DNA of 64,000 nt from Carcharhinus longimanus (taxonomy: Eukaryota): positions 36,835,650-36,899,649 of the forward strand of contig JASCQW010000112.1 in NCBI GenBank assembly GCA_030264375.1, read 5' to 3'. The first letter of the stretch is position 1; every line of letters starts with the position of its first letter. A model generated the notes under the pieces. The model was given only the letters and a program-made list of their open reading frames with translations. It ran no database searches and was not told where the DNA came from. A program made the position numbers and the translations under genes. Positions 12,540 to 25,352 of this stretch are shown here, piece by piece.

Positions 12540-13200
12540 GCTGGTATAATGCTTTACCCAAGCCACAGGTCCACAAATCAAGAGTCACTTTACTGGAAAT
12601 GACTGAGCAGCACTAAATCAGAAGGCTGTGCTTCAACCAGTAAAATGTCACTAATCTATGCAGCATCTTACAAGACTGCTGCTTGCTGATCAGGTGGCTA
12701 TGCTTTTCCAGTTGCTGCCAGTCACCAACCACATGTAATGAACAGGTCAGCACGTTACACATGTCACCATATCTCAGATATTCAATGTATGGCTGTGTCA
12801 AACCAAATCATTCATACCCTATTTAATTGGGGTCATCCAATATATTACCGTCCTATGGGTACCAACACTTACATAAATTGCACTCATGTAGCCATTAAAG
12901 TACCAGCCGCTTTCATGAACAGAAAAAGCCATCATTCAATTCATGTCCAGATAAAGTGTGATCACCTCAGAAAGATCAAATCTTTTAGTTTCAAAAGCAG
13001 CAGGCAGAATATCTTCCATCCTGGAAGATTTGTCCATTCTATTGTTTCAACCTTCCACTAAGGGGTAGCTGCGGGGAACACGCAAGCTGACAATACCCTT
13101 CTACAGCCTTAGCTTACCTGACCCAATCAGCTACATAGTGCTGTGCAGCCACAAGGAATACGACTAGGTATGCTTTTGTGTTTTTGAAAGGGCTCGATGC
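12540..13200 (+). mobile_element. Decayed PIF/Harbinger transposase (HARBI1-like)
   Basis: YPKPQVHKSRVTLLEMTEQH*IRRL and YINCTHVAIKVPAAFMNRKSHHSIHVQIKCDH match the Harbinger GAIDCTHV / NRKGxHSxNVQxxCD motifs. Stops and frameshifts present. Confidence 0.8.
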
Positions 13201-14593
13201 CAGGTTGGGCATGGGCACTATTACAAAACGCCTGTCAATGTGACGTGCTGAAGACTTATAAAGCTATGAAGTAACACTGCAGACAAAACAGCCAAGTGAG
13301 ACAAAGATGACTGTTACCAAGCACAATAATGGCTTTGATTTCCTACCTCAACAAATGTCACCCCTGATGCCTTTACTGATACTNNNNNNNNNNTTACAAT
13401 GTAATTTCAGCAAACTTGGTGGAAGGCTTTGCTGCTTAAGATGCTTAGAGGCCAGCAACATCTTGGAGCTCAGACCAAATCATGACTGGGATTTTCTAGC
13501 CCCAATGTGGTGGATGTGACAAGCTGCTCAAACATCCATTGACCTCGGTGGGGCAGGAAGATCGGGAAAATTCCAGCTAGTGTCTGTCTTTCTTCAGACT
13601 GATGCACTTCAGGTGCTGCGAGGGCTATCTCCCTCAGTTAGATTTCTGGCACCATGACAAGTATTGGTTGAGGGGGCAGCAAGGAAGCAGTTGTGCTGGT
13701 GTCCTGAGAGGGTAAAATGCACTGAATCCATTACATTGCTGCAGTTCCATGAGACTAAGACTAATCAGATCCCATAAACTGAGGAGCACAGACTGCAAAA
13801 GATGAGTGACACCTTTAAAACTTATGTCTTTGGTCCATCAGACTGGATGGCAGCCACATGAACTTCTTTCATTGAGGCAATTAACCCATGTTACGAAAGC
13901 CCATCTGAATTGGCTAAGAAGTTGGCCACATGCTCCAAGGTAGACTACAGATTGTTACTGTCATGCAAGATGAAAGCACACAAGTTGGAAGGGAACGCCA
14001 CTATAATTGCCGTAAAGGCACCAACACTTTGGCAGGCCTTCCAATACTTGGTATATCTGGCTTGTGAGGGGCAAGCATTTTTTGTTTTCTATAACCAGCC
14101 ATCTAACATCTCTTTCCTCCTAAGCAGAAGTGATCACAATTAATGTGCAGTCATGAAAATGGCTTGTTGTCACTCAACATGGGCTCTTTAAACAAATATA
14201 AAAATTTCAGATGAGGTTTACCCACAGTCTAAAATGCAGAGCAAGTTTGACCTCCAAAAGATGAACCTTTGCAGCACCACAGAGAACTTTACCAACAAAG
14301 GGCGGAATTATATTAAATAAATAACAATCGTTACAATGCTCATTTCACCCCACTACAAATGGATCAAATGGGAATATATATTTTACCAGGCAACCTTTTA
14401 CAAGTTTTATCTGTTTGCTAGCCTCCAGAAAGAGAAAGAGAAAGCGTAAGAAAGCCCCTTGAAGGGTAATACTGTAGTCATTCATATTGATCAAAGTGGG
14501 CAGGCAAAGTGCATAAACAACCTTTCCCAGAAAGTGTAAAGAGTGAAGAGAAGAAGTAGTGAGCGTGAAAAGTGTGAACAAACAAAATCTTAC

Positions 14594-14643
14594 TTGAACA
14601 CTTTTATATGGTCAGCCAATTCAGGAATAGAAGTGATATCACC
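14594..14643 (-). CDS. FERMT2: Kindlin-2 coding exon (~exon 9, 50 nt; GDITSIPELADHIKVFK)
   Basis: tttag acceptor; AA|gtaag donor; phase 0/2. Confidence 0.96.
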
Positions 14644-15069
14644 CTAAAACAAGAACAAGTTTTCAGTTAGTCTAATTTGATAGTAGAATAAATCCATTGA
14701 TCTCTAAGAAACAAATGCAATTCACTATATATTTGCATTAATTGTTTAACAGAATATGCCAAATGTTTCTAGGTCTAAAAGACAAGGACAAGGGGGGGAT
14801 TCAAAGACAAAGTAACAATTCTATTGCAAAACACATCAGGAACCCAAGAAATAGCTTATGCACCACATAAGCATTACATTTGAGTACATTTACAATTTTC
14901 CCCAAAGCTTATTCTGCCAACAGAGCACAAATAACTCAACTAGCTGTCAAAATGTTGGATATTTTAAGGGACCAGGCACTGTGTGTAATCCAATCATGGT
15001 GACTGAATTGAATTACAACAGCTTTGTTCACTGAATCACAAGCTAAAAAGGACATATGATTTGACATAC

Positions 15070-15204
15070 CAGAATGGTTGATGTTTTGCCTCCTTCCAAA
15101 GTTATTTCCAAATCTGATAGGGCTGCATCTACTTCATCCACTTCTTTTTCACTGTTGTTCATGTGGTTTTCAGATGACATAATGGATAATTTGTTGATGT
15201 GGTA
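15070..15204 (-). CDS. FERMT2: Kindlin-2 coding exon (~exon 8, 135 nt; [45 protein letters not shown])
   Basis: Manual translation. cccag acceptor; CTG|gtatgt donor. Confidence 0.97.
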
Positions 15205-17724
15205 CTGGGGAAAGAAAGCTGCAGCTTGGTATGGGAGTTGTTGAAATAAGCAACTTTGCTAAAACTTTCATCCCATTTCATTAGAAGCCATGTTGATTCT
15301 AGGCAAACTAATTAGAGGAGGAACATTTTAATTATTTCCTTTATCAAGGGGCGGGTTTCATAGTGCAGCACTGCATTACATTGAACATTTTGATGGATAT
15401 CATCCGTTTAAATATTGTCATGAATAGTCTTAGTCTACTAGATGACAACAGCCTCGACTCAATAGTAGCACTCATGGAATTTTAATATTGCCCCACATTA
15501 CACTGGTGACTAGACTTTTTAACTAGGTCAGGTGGGGGTTGATTAAGGACCAAAGTTTTGATAATAAAGGAAAGGGCCATAGACATGTTCAGAGAGGGAA
15601 TTCCAAAGGGTCCCTGATGGCTGGATAATTAAAAGAACTGGTGGACAAGTACAGTTAAGTTGTGGTTAAAGCTGCAATGAAAAGTCTTTTACAAAAAAAA
15701 TGAAATGATCCTTGCGAGAATAGAGGGGTAACATTAGGGAGTGGCTGTAAATGTTTGGATACGTAGGAATGGAACCATGCAAGGGCAGTGTCAGAGCTGG
15801 ACAAAGGAGGAAGCTGAATATAAGGCATTTCTAAAGTATGTTGTTTTTAGCTGTGGTTTAGTTTCAATTATAGATGTATTAGCATAATGCATTATGCAAT
15901 GTGAAAGTAAGTTGAAAAAAAATCACAAGCAATCAAGGAGATGTGCCAAAATATTCATCGCACACACCAAAACTCTATTCTTCTGCTTAATTTTTTTTGC
16001 ACACTATTTTATTGTTGCAACTCCAAAGAAAACAGACTTTTCAACATAATCTAATGCAGCAAACAAATTAGTTGCAATACCTTAGATGCATTTCTAACAA
16101 TTCAGAGCAAATATTCACAGACATACAAGTCTGAACTCTGTTTTTCATTTTTAAAATTAGTGCATTCACATCAGCTAATTTTAAGACTGGAGCCCAGTGT
16201 GATATATACAGAACTACACCGTTTACATCCTTGGTGATGAACATCATGTTGTCCAAGATATGTTAATCCATCAATATTCCAGACATTCAAGTTTGTTCAT
16301 TGTCAGGGAGTGGAAGATAATAGAAGGCTGATGGGGAAACTAATTATAACTGGATGTATCACAACCTCAAATGAATTATCATTTAACTAAATCTAGCTAA
16401 AGATGGAATGTGTCTTTTTTGGTCCTGCAAATGCAATTCAATACTTTACAAATTAATGCAATGAAGTTTTATGATAAATGATTCTCACATCTCAACTTCC
16501 CAATTTCAATAATGCTGTCACGAGGAACTGTGAAGCAGTTTCCACTTTTTAGTAATATGAAAATTATATGACAACACTTTGTACCCACTTCACTGATGAT
16601 CTTTTACATCATCTGACATTCATTTAAGTAGTCTGCACCTGTTATTGGAAAGCCCAGTAATTTGCTTCCATGTTTTCCTTTTGCTCCCCAATATTATTAA
16701 AATGCTCCTTTAGTCCAAATTTTGAATGAAGGTTATGCAGCTGAAGAATGAATATGTCTTTTTGCTGAACTGATACTGACTGACTTGTTGCTGATTTCTG
16801 TCACTAGTATTTACCGTTTGCATTTCCTGCTTCCAGATGAGAGTGATGAGAGATGTTACAAAGGTTACAGTTTTGCAGCATTGAGCACAACTGCAGAACA
16901 GCATCAAACCTAGTNNNNNNNNNNAAAAGAATGCTGAAGAAGTGTATGGCGTACGGTTGTTTTGCTCCCATAAGGGAAAAAAAAAGTTAACGGAATTTAG
17001 AAGTTTCGTTAAGAAGATAGAAGAAATGTAAAAGTTTAAAACAGCAGCAGAAATTTTCAAAGACAAATAAATGCATCATCAATAAACAATATCCAGCAGT
17101 GGAGGGGGAGGAATTTGTCTCATTCCAATTACTTTACAATTTACTATAATAGAATACATCAAAAGCTATTAAACACCATGATGAATTCAATGGCAGGAAG
17201 GTGTTGAGGTCCCCACCCTGCTCCGTTATACTTTACACGTTAATGCTATGATGCAGTTTTGTGGCTATGATTCATACATCCCTACTTGTCAATCTAAAAA
17301 TGCAATAATACTGCCACATTTAACTGTAAAACAGCTACATAAAAATAATAGTTCTATTCTGCAGTTATTAATCCAAACAGAAATTTGCTTCAGGTATTCA
17401 AAATTCTAACATTAGGAAATTCAACATTGTAAGCTGTATTGAATTTGTGCCAATGAATCATGGGATGCATCAGAGCTGAATCCATCACTACTTTTTGTGT
17501 CTTCTCATCCATTAAAAATATTGCAATAGTAATTTGCTGAAATGTCAGTAATTTAGAAAGCCAATTTTAGTTGTATAGTGGAGCATCAGTTCTATACCAG
17601 TAGCTGAGTCACTAAAAGATGGTGCTGGAGCAAGACAAATTCTTGCAAGCTGTGCCCAGCATACCTTCTAATTAACTTTTACTCTTGTTCTATGCTTCTA
17701 AAACTTCACTCCAACTCAAACTCC

Positions 17725-17920
17725 CTGCTGCCATCAGACATTTGAATGGACCTACCTTGCATTAAGTTGATCTTTCTCTACACCCTAGCTACGACTGTAA
17801 CACTACATTCTGCACTCTCACTTCCTTCTCTATGAACGGTATGCTTTGTCTGTATAGTGCACAAGAAACAATACTTTTCACTAATATGCTAATACATGTG
17901 ACAATAATAAATCAAATCAA
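17725..17920 (+). mobile_element. LINE 3' UTR with (AAATC)n tail
   Basis: Ends ...catgtgacaataataaatcaaatcaa; a reverse copy of the same terminus lies at ~35470-35540. Confidence 0.65.
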
Positions 17921-18269
17921 TTCATAGACAAGTAGCTGTACTGGATCATTCACATGTATTTTCACACCATTTCCAAGAACGAATGCCATTAGATGGTATA
18001 GTACAAGCAACTGAAGAGTGATTAGTGCATGGCAAGCCGGAAGGAAACAGTACACAATTTCAGTGAGACTGACTCACTTCCGGAGGCAGGACAGGAGAGA
18101 TAATTATTAGGTTTCCATGGGAGGAAGCTTCAAAATAAAATATTTCAAGATAAACACTGCAGACCAGTATTGGCTGATGCCTGTGTCTGCTCAAATTCAT
18201 TATAGAAGTTGATGTGGTCATAACCTTTATTGCCACAGTAAGAACAGTGCAGGCAGATGATCTAATAAA

Positions 18270-18452
18270 TTTCTGTGGATGCTGGAATCTGAAGCAAAAA
18301 CAAAACATGCTGGAAAATCTCAGCATGTATGGCTAACTTTGAGTCTGAATGACTCTTCATTCAAGAGTCATCCTGACGCGAAACATTGGCTCTGTTTTTT
18401 GATGTGGTATCAGACCTGCTGAGATTTTCTAGCATTTTCTGTTCTGTTTCAG
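18270..18452. mobile_element. Palindromic Penelope-like terminal remnant
   Basis: Inverted arms ctgaagc..atgctggaaaatctcagca / tgctgagattttctagcattttc..ttcag, with an inner stem atgactctt/aagagtcat. Related fragments at ~34640 and ~54500. Confidence 0.6.
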
Positions 18453-19769
18453 GCAGGTGATCATGCTTGAAGGTCCTTGTACAATAGGGATACAACTTCT
18501 CTTTGTTTTAAATTGTTGAAGTCCAAGGTTACATGCGCCTTCACGATAAGATGCTGTTTTAATCTGGGTTGTCTGTATATACATTATAGTGATGGAGGGG
18601 TAACTTCTGGGAACTTGCATCTTTATTAAATTCTGCCTTAACCTTTACCGCTCAATGATAGTATAAGGTGTGCTGTAGGGCAGGCGACACTTGCACTTCA
18701 GCAGTTCTCAAGTGCAGTTGTGTAGATGTGCATATGTGATTGAGACACAAAAAGCACCAGTAGTCTCACTCACAGAAGCAAATCCAAGGATATGCTGGCA
18801 AATGTCACCACCAGGATTCTGCCCCCCCACCCCTTCCCTTCAAAAAGAAGCCAATAATTCTCATCAGCAAAAACCTAATTTCTGCCTATATCAATATTGC
18901 TAACAACAACTAAATGACCCAATTATGATGTAATACCAGTGCATTTGAAACTGCAGAGGCTACTATCTCTCACTGAAATACAGTGAAATGGGGAAGGAAC
19001 AAACGTGTCAGACATGTGACAATCTGTCAATTTTGACAAGATCTACAGAAACAGCTGCTGCCCAAAATAAAAAAGGGAGGTCCTCATTTTACATGGAAGT
19101 AGTACTGAAGAGGGCATGGAGTTTTAGTGCCTAGACTACCAAGGGGGGGCCTCAAAGAAATGTTAATCAATCACTCCATTACATGGATTGCATCACCACA
19201 GCAGTAATAATGGTCAAAAGTGATATGATACATAATACCCAAAGTGTTAAAAGCAGAACAATTGATTTTGGGAAATTAAACACAAGCTTTTCATTGAAGA
19301 ATACCTCGCCAGTTTATATAAATTAATTGCTCGGTTTAAACCTTGGTCATTACCATGCTTTGATTAATATGAATGATTAATATGAATGTTATATCAAGAT
19401 CTCATGAGCATTTGGAATTTGGATGTCAAAGACTCTGGAACAATGCATTAAACCATTAGAAATTCTTATAGTTGAGCAAATATAGAGGCGATGAAACGTT
19501 TGACCCAAAAAAATTGTTGATTGCATTACTCTAAGCTGCAGCATTTCCTAGAAAATGGCCATGCAAATCTTTTATGTAACTATAAATAGTTATGTTTAGT
19601 TTAAAAGAATTGCTCACCTTGCCAAAGTAGTGTGTTTATCTGGAAACTGAAGCCAAAGCAGGAGGGGTGGTGTGTTCCACAAGACTTCAACTAGTGAGGA
19701 GGAGGAACAAGCCTCCAGGGCAAAAAAAAACACACAGATGTGCAACTAATGGTGACACTGGAGGACTTT

Positions 19770-20980
19770 TACTACTAAATATAGAATGGAATAATGTAAG
19801 GGGAGGAATTTATTTAAGCTTGTTCAGAAGTTTCTTGACCAGTAAATTCTTCGTTCTGGTAGGAAGGAGGCATTGCTGGATCTGGTGCTGGAGAATGATG
19901 TGGGTCAGTCAAGGATGTCTGTGGGGGAATTGCTTGGTTAAGAATGATCATTGTATCATAAGGTTTAGATTAGTCATGGAGAAGAAGAATAAGGATTAAT
20001 CTATAGTAGAACTTCCAAACTGGAAGAGGGCTAACTTCAACGGAACCAGAGAGGATCCAGCCAGCATAGAATGGAACCAGACTGACAGGAAAAATGGTAA
20101 AAGGAACAATGAGTAATGTTCAGGTGCAAGTTAGGTATATTCCAGCAGGAGAACCAGGGTTCCTTGGGCAGCAAAGGAGACAGAATATGAAGAAATAAAA
20201 CAAAAAGGTGTATGATGTAAATTCTTCAAGCGATTACCAGACCAAATACACTGCTGGTGAGTAGCACTCTCAGATTTACGGACGCCACGCCCTCCTTTTT
20301 AAAAATAGCACTAACTTCCTTAAACCAGGCAAATTAAATGTCCAGTGAAAAGTCTCCCAGGCCGGTCAAGGAGCTTAAGTGTATAAAACAAGCAAGTAGG
20401 ATTTGGGGGAAGTTGGTGGTGGTGCCAGCCTGGGAAAGAGTCCCACAACGTTGGGGGAATATCATGGGTTAGGGAATTCATGCTAGGGGGTGTAATCCCT
20501 CAGGTATGGATCTGTACAATAGTTACCCAGAAGAGGTTCTAGCTCTTTTTCTGAGTAACTGTTGATGTAACCCTTTTAAAATTGTATTTCCCCTGGGGAA
20601 GTTTGCACTTCATGCAATTGTCATGCAAACCTTACCTGTAAACCTCCAAAAGGGGATTCCATCCTCCCTCCCCACCCAGTACAACATCTTGGCGCTCAGA
20701 AGTTACAGCCCAAAGGGTATATTGTATTTATCCTTACTAAAACAGAGTTGACAAAATATTGTTAGAAGGAGGAGGTAGTAGTGTAAACAGATGGGGTGAA
20801 ACTTGATCGGCATGATGTACTAGAAGGCTGGCTATTTTTGAAAATAACTAAGTCACCTGGTCCAGATGACTAACATCCCACGTTGCCAAGAAAAGTGGGT
20901 ACAGAGATAGGCAAAGGGCTTGCCGTAGTCTTTCAATCTTCCCCTAATAAACGGGGCGGTGCCATAAGGTAGGCAAGTCA
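19770..20980 (+). mobile_element. Decayed CR1 LINE, apparently split by an insertion (~20250-20712)
   Basis: aggaaggaggcattgctggatctggtgctgg (TRxEAxLDLVL-like) and aagtcacctggtccagatg (KSPGPD) motifs on either side of an unrelated segment. Confidence 0.6.
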
Positions 20981-23900
20981 TAGATGCCATTTATGATGGG
21001 TCTCAAAATAAAACTCAAGCAAATATCTAATAGAATATGGACATTTCAACCACTTGTGAAATTTGCACCTCCCTTTTACGAAGGATGAATTGTCAACATA
21101 AAACCATGGACAAGAGAAACATTGAAGCACAATGGGTGTTAAGGCAAATATGAAATGGATTTTGTTATATTGTGATGGCTCCTCATCCCAAGCACAGAGA
21201 CCGTAGCTGCCTGAAACACTCGATGTGAAAAGCTAAAACATAGGATGTTTACCACCTTATTTGGAAAAGTATGTTGGACCTGTGCCATGTCAAAATAACA
21301 GTACAAGCTGTTCCGAAACAGAGACCATCAGAAACACCATATAAGCCATAAAACCAGCTGCAAGACAACCAATATGCAGCTGAAAGTGGGAGGAGGATTC
21401 TTTTCCCAACCTGTTCTAACTTCAGGTTCACCCGATAGCCAACCTCGTGACGATTCAACTACTAAAGCCTTGCAGCTAACTGAAAATTCTCTGCTTTTAC
21501 AGGACTTCGTCTTCAGTTATAGCCATTTATCTAAGAAACTACAGGCCTGCTGCAAACAAAACTGAAATAATTTTAGATTGTAATAGTGTTTTTTTTCTAC
21601 TTCATCTGTATCTGATTGTCATGTGTGCACAAGATGTTAAACGTCTTGGGGCTGGTATGAGAACATAAATGATCTAATCTCACATAAAAGCACTTTGATC
21701 ACAGACAATAATAAATCCCAGAAACTCTGTGACAAGATTGTAAATACACTTCAATAATGTCAACCAAGAAAAGCTGTTGATTCAAGGAAAAACTCATTCA
21801 CTAATATTTCTACAGCTGTCCATGGGTTCAATCACAAACTCACCTCTACCTTTGAGCCCTTATCCCCAGTAAAATATACACGGTCTTTCACTCTGGGCCT
21901 CAGTGTCCATTTGTCCATCCCTTTTGATGTCAGGCCCCAGATTTAAAGTTATAAGGCTCTGATGAAAATTAGTGGCTGAGGCCAGGGGTTGGCCTATCCA
22001 GGTATCAGACACATTCACTGCACTGTCAGTAGCCTTATACCAACAGATCTTTGGGGCTTTAATGTTGAACGATCATTATGGAACTATATAAAAACTGAAC
22101 AATATGAACATATTTCCTTATATCAGGCCATAACATGCAGAAATACAAAAAATGGATCAGGCCAAAAAGGTTGGTTATTGGAATGCCAAATAACTATGCA
22201 CAGTTATACATTCAAAATGAAAATGAACAGATATTGACAAAGTACTATTAAACACAGGCCCACATTTTCTTTTCCAAGTTGACTTGCACAAGTCAGGAAA
22301 CCTCCAGACTTGACACACCTACCTTGGGAAAAAGTGTCCCGATGGCTGGTGGATGTAGATCATGGTGGCCACAGGGGCTGCTGAGTGACGTATGATGTTT
22401 AAAAGGCTTGTCTTGTTAATTTTGTTAATTATTAAGCCACCTCATGGCTACTTATACTCTCCATGCCAGTTTAATGCCAGCCCCTGCCTCTTCCAGCTGC
22501 ATGGAGTTGGCACAATAATAGCCCTTGTGGCAATGTTATCAAACGGCTTTTATAACTGCTGAACAAGCTTTGTTTCAACTCTCACTGACAAACAGGATTA
22601 AATAATTTGACAGTTCTACAAATCACACCTGCCTTTCATGAGATTTTATAACCACTCCTGCACTGTGGATTAAGGCTCAAGCTATTGAAAAATGGAGTCT
22701 GGTTGAACTCAATGTTCAAATAGTCCTGCTGAGTTTGGATTTCTTGCATGCGAGTCATATTCTGCTCCCTTGCCCCTGTCGGCAAAAATATGATCTGTTG
22801 GAAACGGAGGCAGGATTTCCCAATTTGGGTCCTGCCCATCTTTAAAAGGTTTGAGAGATCCCCATGATATTGTGAAAATCTGCACCACATTCTTTAAAAG
22901 AAAGAAATAGGCTTACAAATTAAAAAGGTTCATCAATTTCAGCTTTGGGTTATAAAATCCTTAAATAATGAGTGCAGACAATGCTGTAAATATTTCAACA
23001 TCTGCAAACAATTAAAGCATGCAAAGCTTGCTGACATTCGACCGAAAGAGGAATGTGAGGAGGAGTGTGGTTGGGGGGCGGGGGGAGGAACAGCTGGGAA
23101 GTACCATTGCTACTGACAAGAGATAAGAGACAGACTATAATCTGGGATCACATTCTTCTNNNNNNNNNNNNNNNNNNNNNNNNNNNNNNNNNNNNNNNNN
23201 NNNNNNNNNNNNNNNNNNNNNNNNNNNNNNNNNNNNNNNNNNNNNNNNNNNNNNNNNNNTCTTCTCAGAAGTACAGTCATACTAAAATGGATATTATGCA
23301 CTCAAAGGGTCGCAAATGTAATTGTTTACAACACGAACATCCTGAACATAAATTAAACCCATGGCACAACGGGAATTGGCAAAAACACAGCAACAGGGAC
23401 AGCAAAGAGCTTTTAGAAACTCTCAAATTCACAGCCATTAGACAAAGTGACCTGGCATCATTAAAATGTAAAGAATCTAAATATTACCATTGTCATAACA
23501 TTTCTTTAGTACGATCAATGGTATAGATCTGCTGTATTTCTTGTAGCTCCAATAATACGAACCATTGCCTGGGAATCTTACCAAAAAAAAATGGCAGCGT
23601 TGTTCCCATGAGAAAACCGGCATGTCTTCTCTCCAGGTCTTATGACACACTGCCTAAAGAAAATGGGGGGCTTGTTTGAGTAGACTGATTTGAAGACAGA
23701 CTTGGTGCTTTGTTTCTACACGTGCCAGGCACACAATTGACAAAAGTCTTAAAAGCTTCTACTTAAATTAGTTGAACAAACTGGATAAGGGAATCAAATG
23801 CTCATTTGTGTGGTGGAACACAAAATATCTGAAGACAGAAAGTTCATCTTTCCAGTGCATAAAATCTCCCAACATAGCATTTAATAGTATTTTAAATAAC

Positions 23901-25171
23901 CCACAATCATCTTGATTCATTGTTCTACCACCACCAATAAAGTAGTATTTGGAAAAAAAATTCCTCTACACTTAGTTTTCACAAATTTCTGTTTCTGAAC
24001 AAAAGGCCCCAGTAATCATCTGAGTTCATCACACTCGACTGCAATTTAATCTTTCTCAATAGCACTTTATTGTTTCTGATCTGAACAATTTCTATACTCC
24101 CTAAATCAAAGGAATTTTAATCTTTTTCCTGTGGTGACCAAAACTAAACATGGCATTCTCAGCTGCAGCCTGACCAGTGCATTACAAATTTGCTAGCGCA
24201 ATATCTGTAGACAAGCATTCCATCTTTCTTGTTCTGTAATACTGTATTTATCTACTTGAAAAAAATCTGTTTTGCTACACTGTGGACTCTGAAAATAACC
24301 TACATTTAGGGAGTGTAAATCTGTGACTCTGAGCACTTATTTAGATTGCTGAAATAATTCCTACATTTTTATTGAAGCAGAAATAAAGGCCCCTTCCAAA
24401 TATTGCTGTACTAATTCAGTTCTTCTTCTCTCCAAGCCATTTAGCTGGGTTAGATGTAAATTCCCACGTCTTGTGGGAATCATTCAGACTTCCATGCCAT
24501 TGTGGTGAGATTTTCCACTTCCGTGGGTGGGGTGGGGGGGTGGGTTCCAAAACACTGTACAATAGCATGATTTTCTGTAACAATTGTTTTCCCTCTGCCA
24601 ATGACGTAATGGGAATCCCAATGTCATCAGAATGCATTTAAATCATGGCATGCACCTGGTGATTAGAATATGTCAGAGAAGAGTGCATTGGAGGGGGGGG
24701 TGGGGGGGGGAGGTGGTGGTGATGTTGTGTGTGTGCGCGTGTGCGCGTGCGTGCGCGGTTCGGTTCTATCTTTAATTTCTTGTACAGGGCAGCCCGATCT
24801 TTTAAAACCAAAGTTGCATGCGTGGCAGTCTATTGTGGGACCTGCTCCTTCATTCTTTTTGCGGCAAGAGCCAAATGGTATGGCGCAGAAAGCCATTTTT
24901 GGGGCTGGCAGCTTCCTTGCCTCGATTCCTGACAAGATGGTTGGCAAAGGATACAAATTTAAAAGCTAATGACAAAGAAGAGATGCAAAGTATGACGATT
25001 GGGAACGTACTGTTTGAGAAGGTGTTCGNNNNNNNNNNNNNNNNNNNNNNNNNNNNNNNNNNNNNNNNNNNNNNNNNNNNNNNNNNNNNNNNNNNNNNNN
25101 NNNNNNNNNNNNNNNNNNNNNNNNNNNNNNNNNNNNNNNNNNNNNNNNNNNNNNNNNNNNNNNNNNNNNNN

Positions 25172-25352
25172 CTGTTTGGGGACACCAAGGGACAATTTAG
25201 CATGGCCAATTCACCTAACCTGCACATCTTTGGTCTGTGGGAGGAAACCCATGCAGACATGAGGAGAACATGAAAACGCCACACAGGTCGGAATTGAACC
25301 TGGGTCCCTGAAGCCGTGAGGCAGCAGTGTTAACTACTATGCCGCTGTGCTG
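25172..25352 (-). mobile_element. V-SINE, reverse orientation, abutting a gap
   Basis: caatttagcatggccaattcacctaacctgcacatctttgg...ggaattgaacctgggtccctg..gtgaggcagcagtgttaac. Confidence 0.85.

Noticed and set aside
21140-21720. Possible solo LTR
   Set aside because: TG...CA termini and target-site duplications could not be established by eye.
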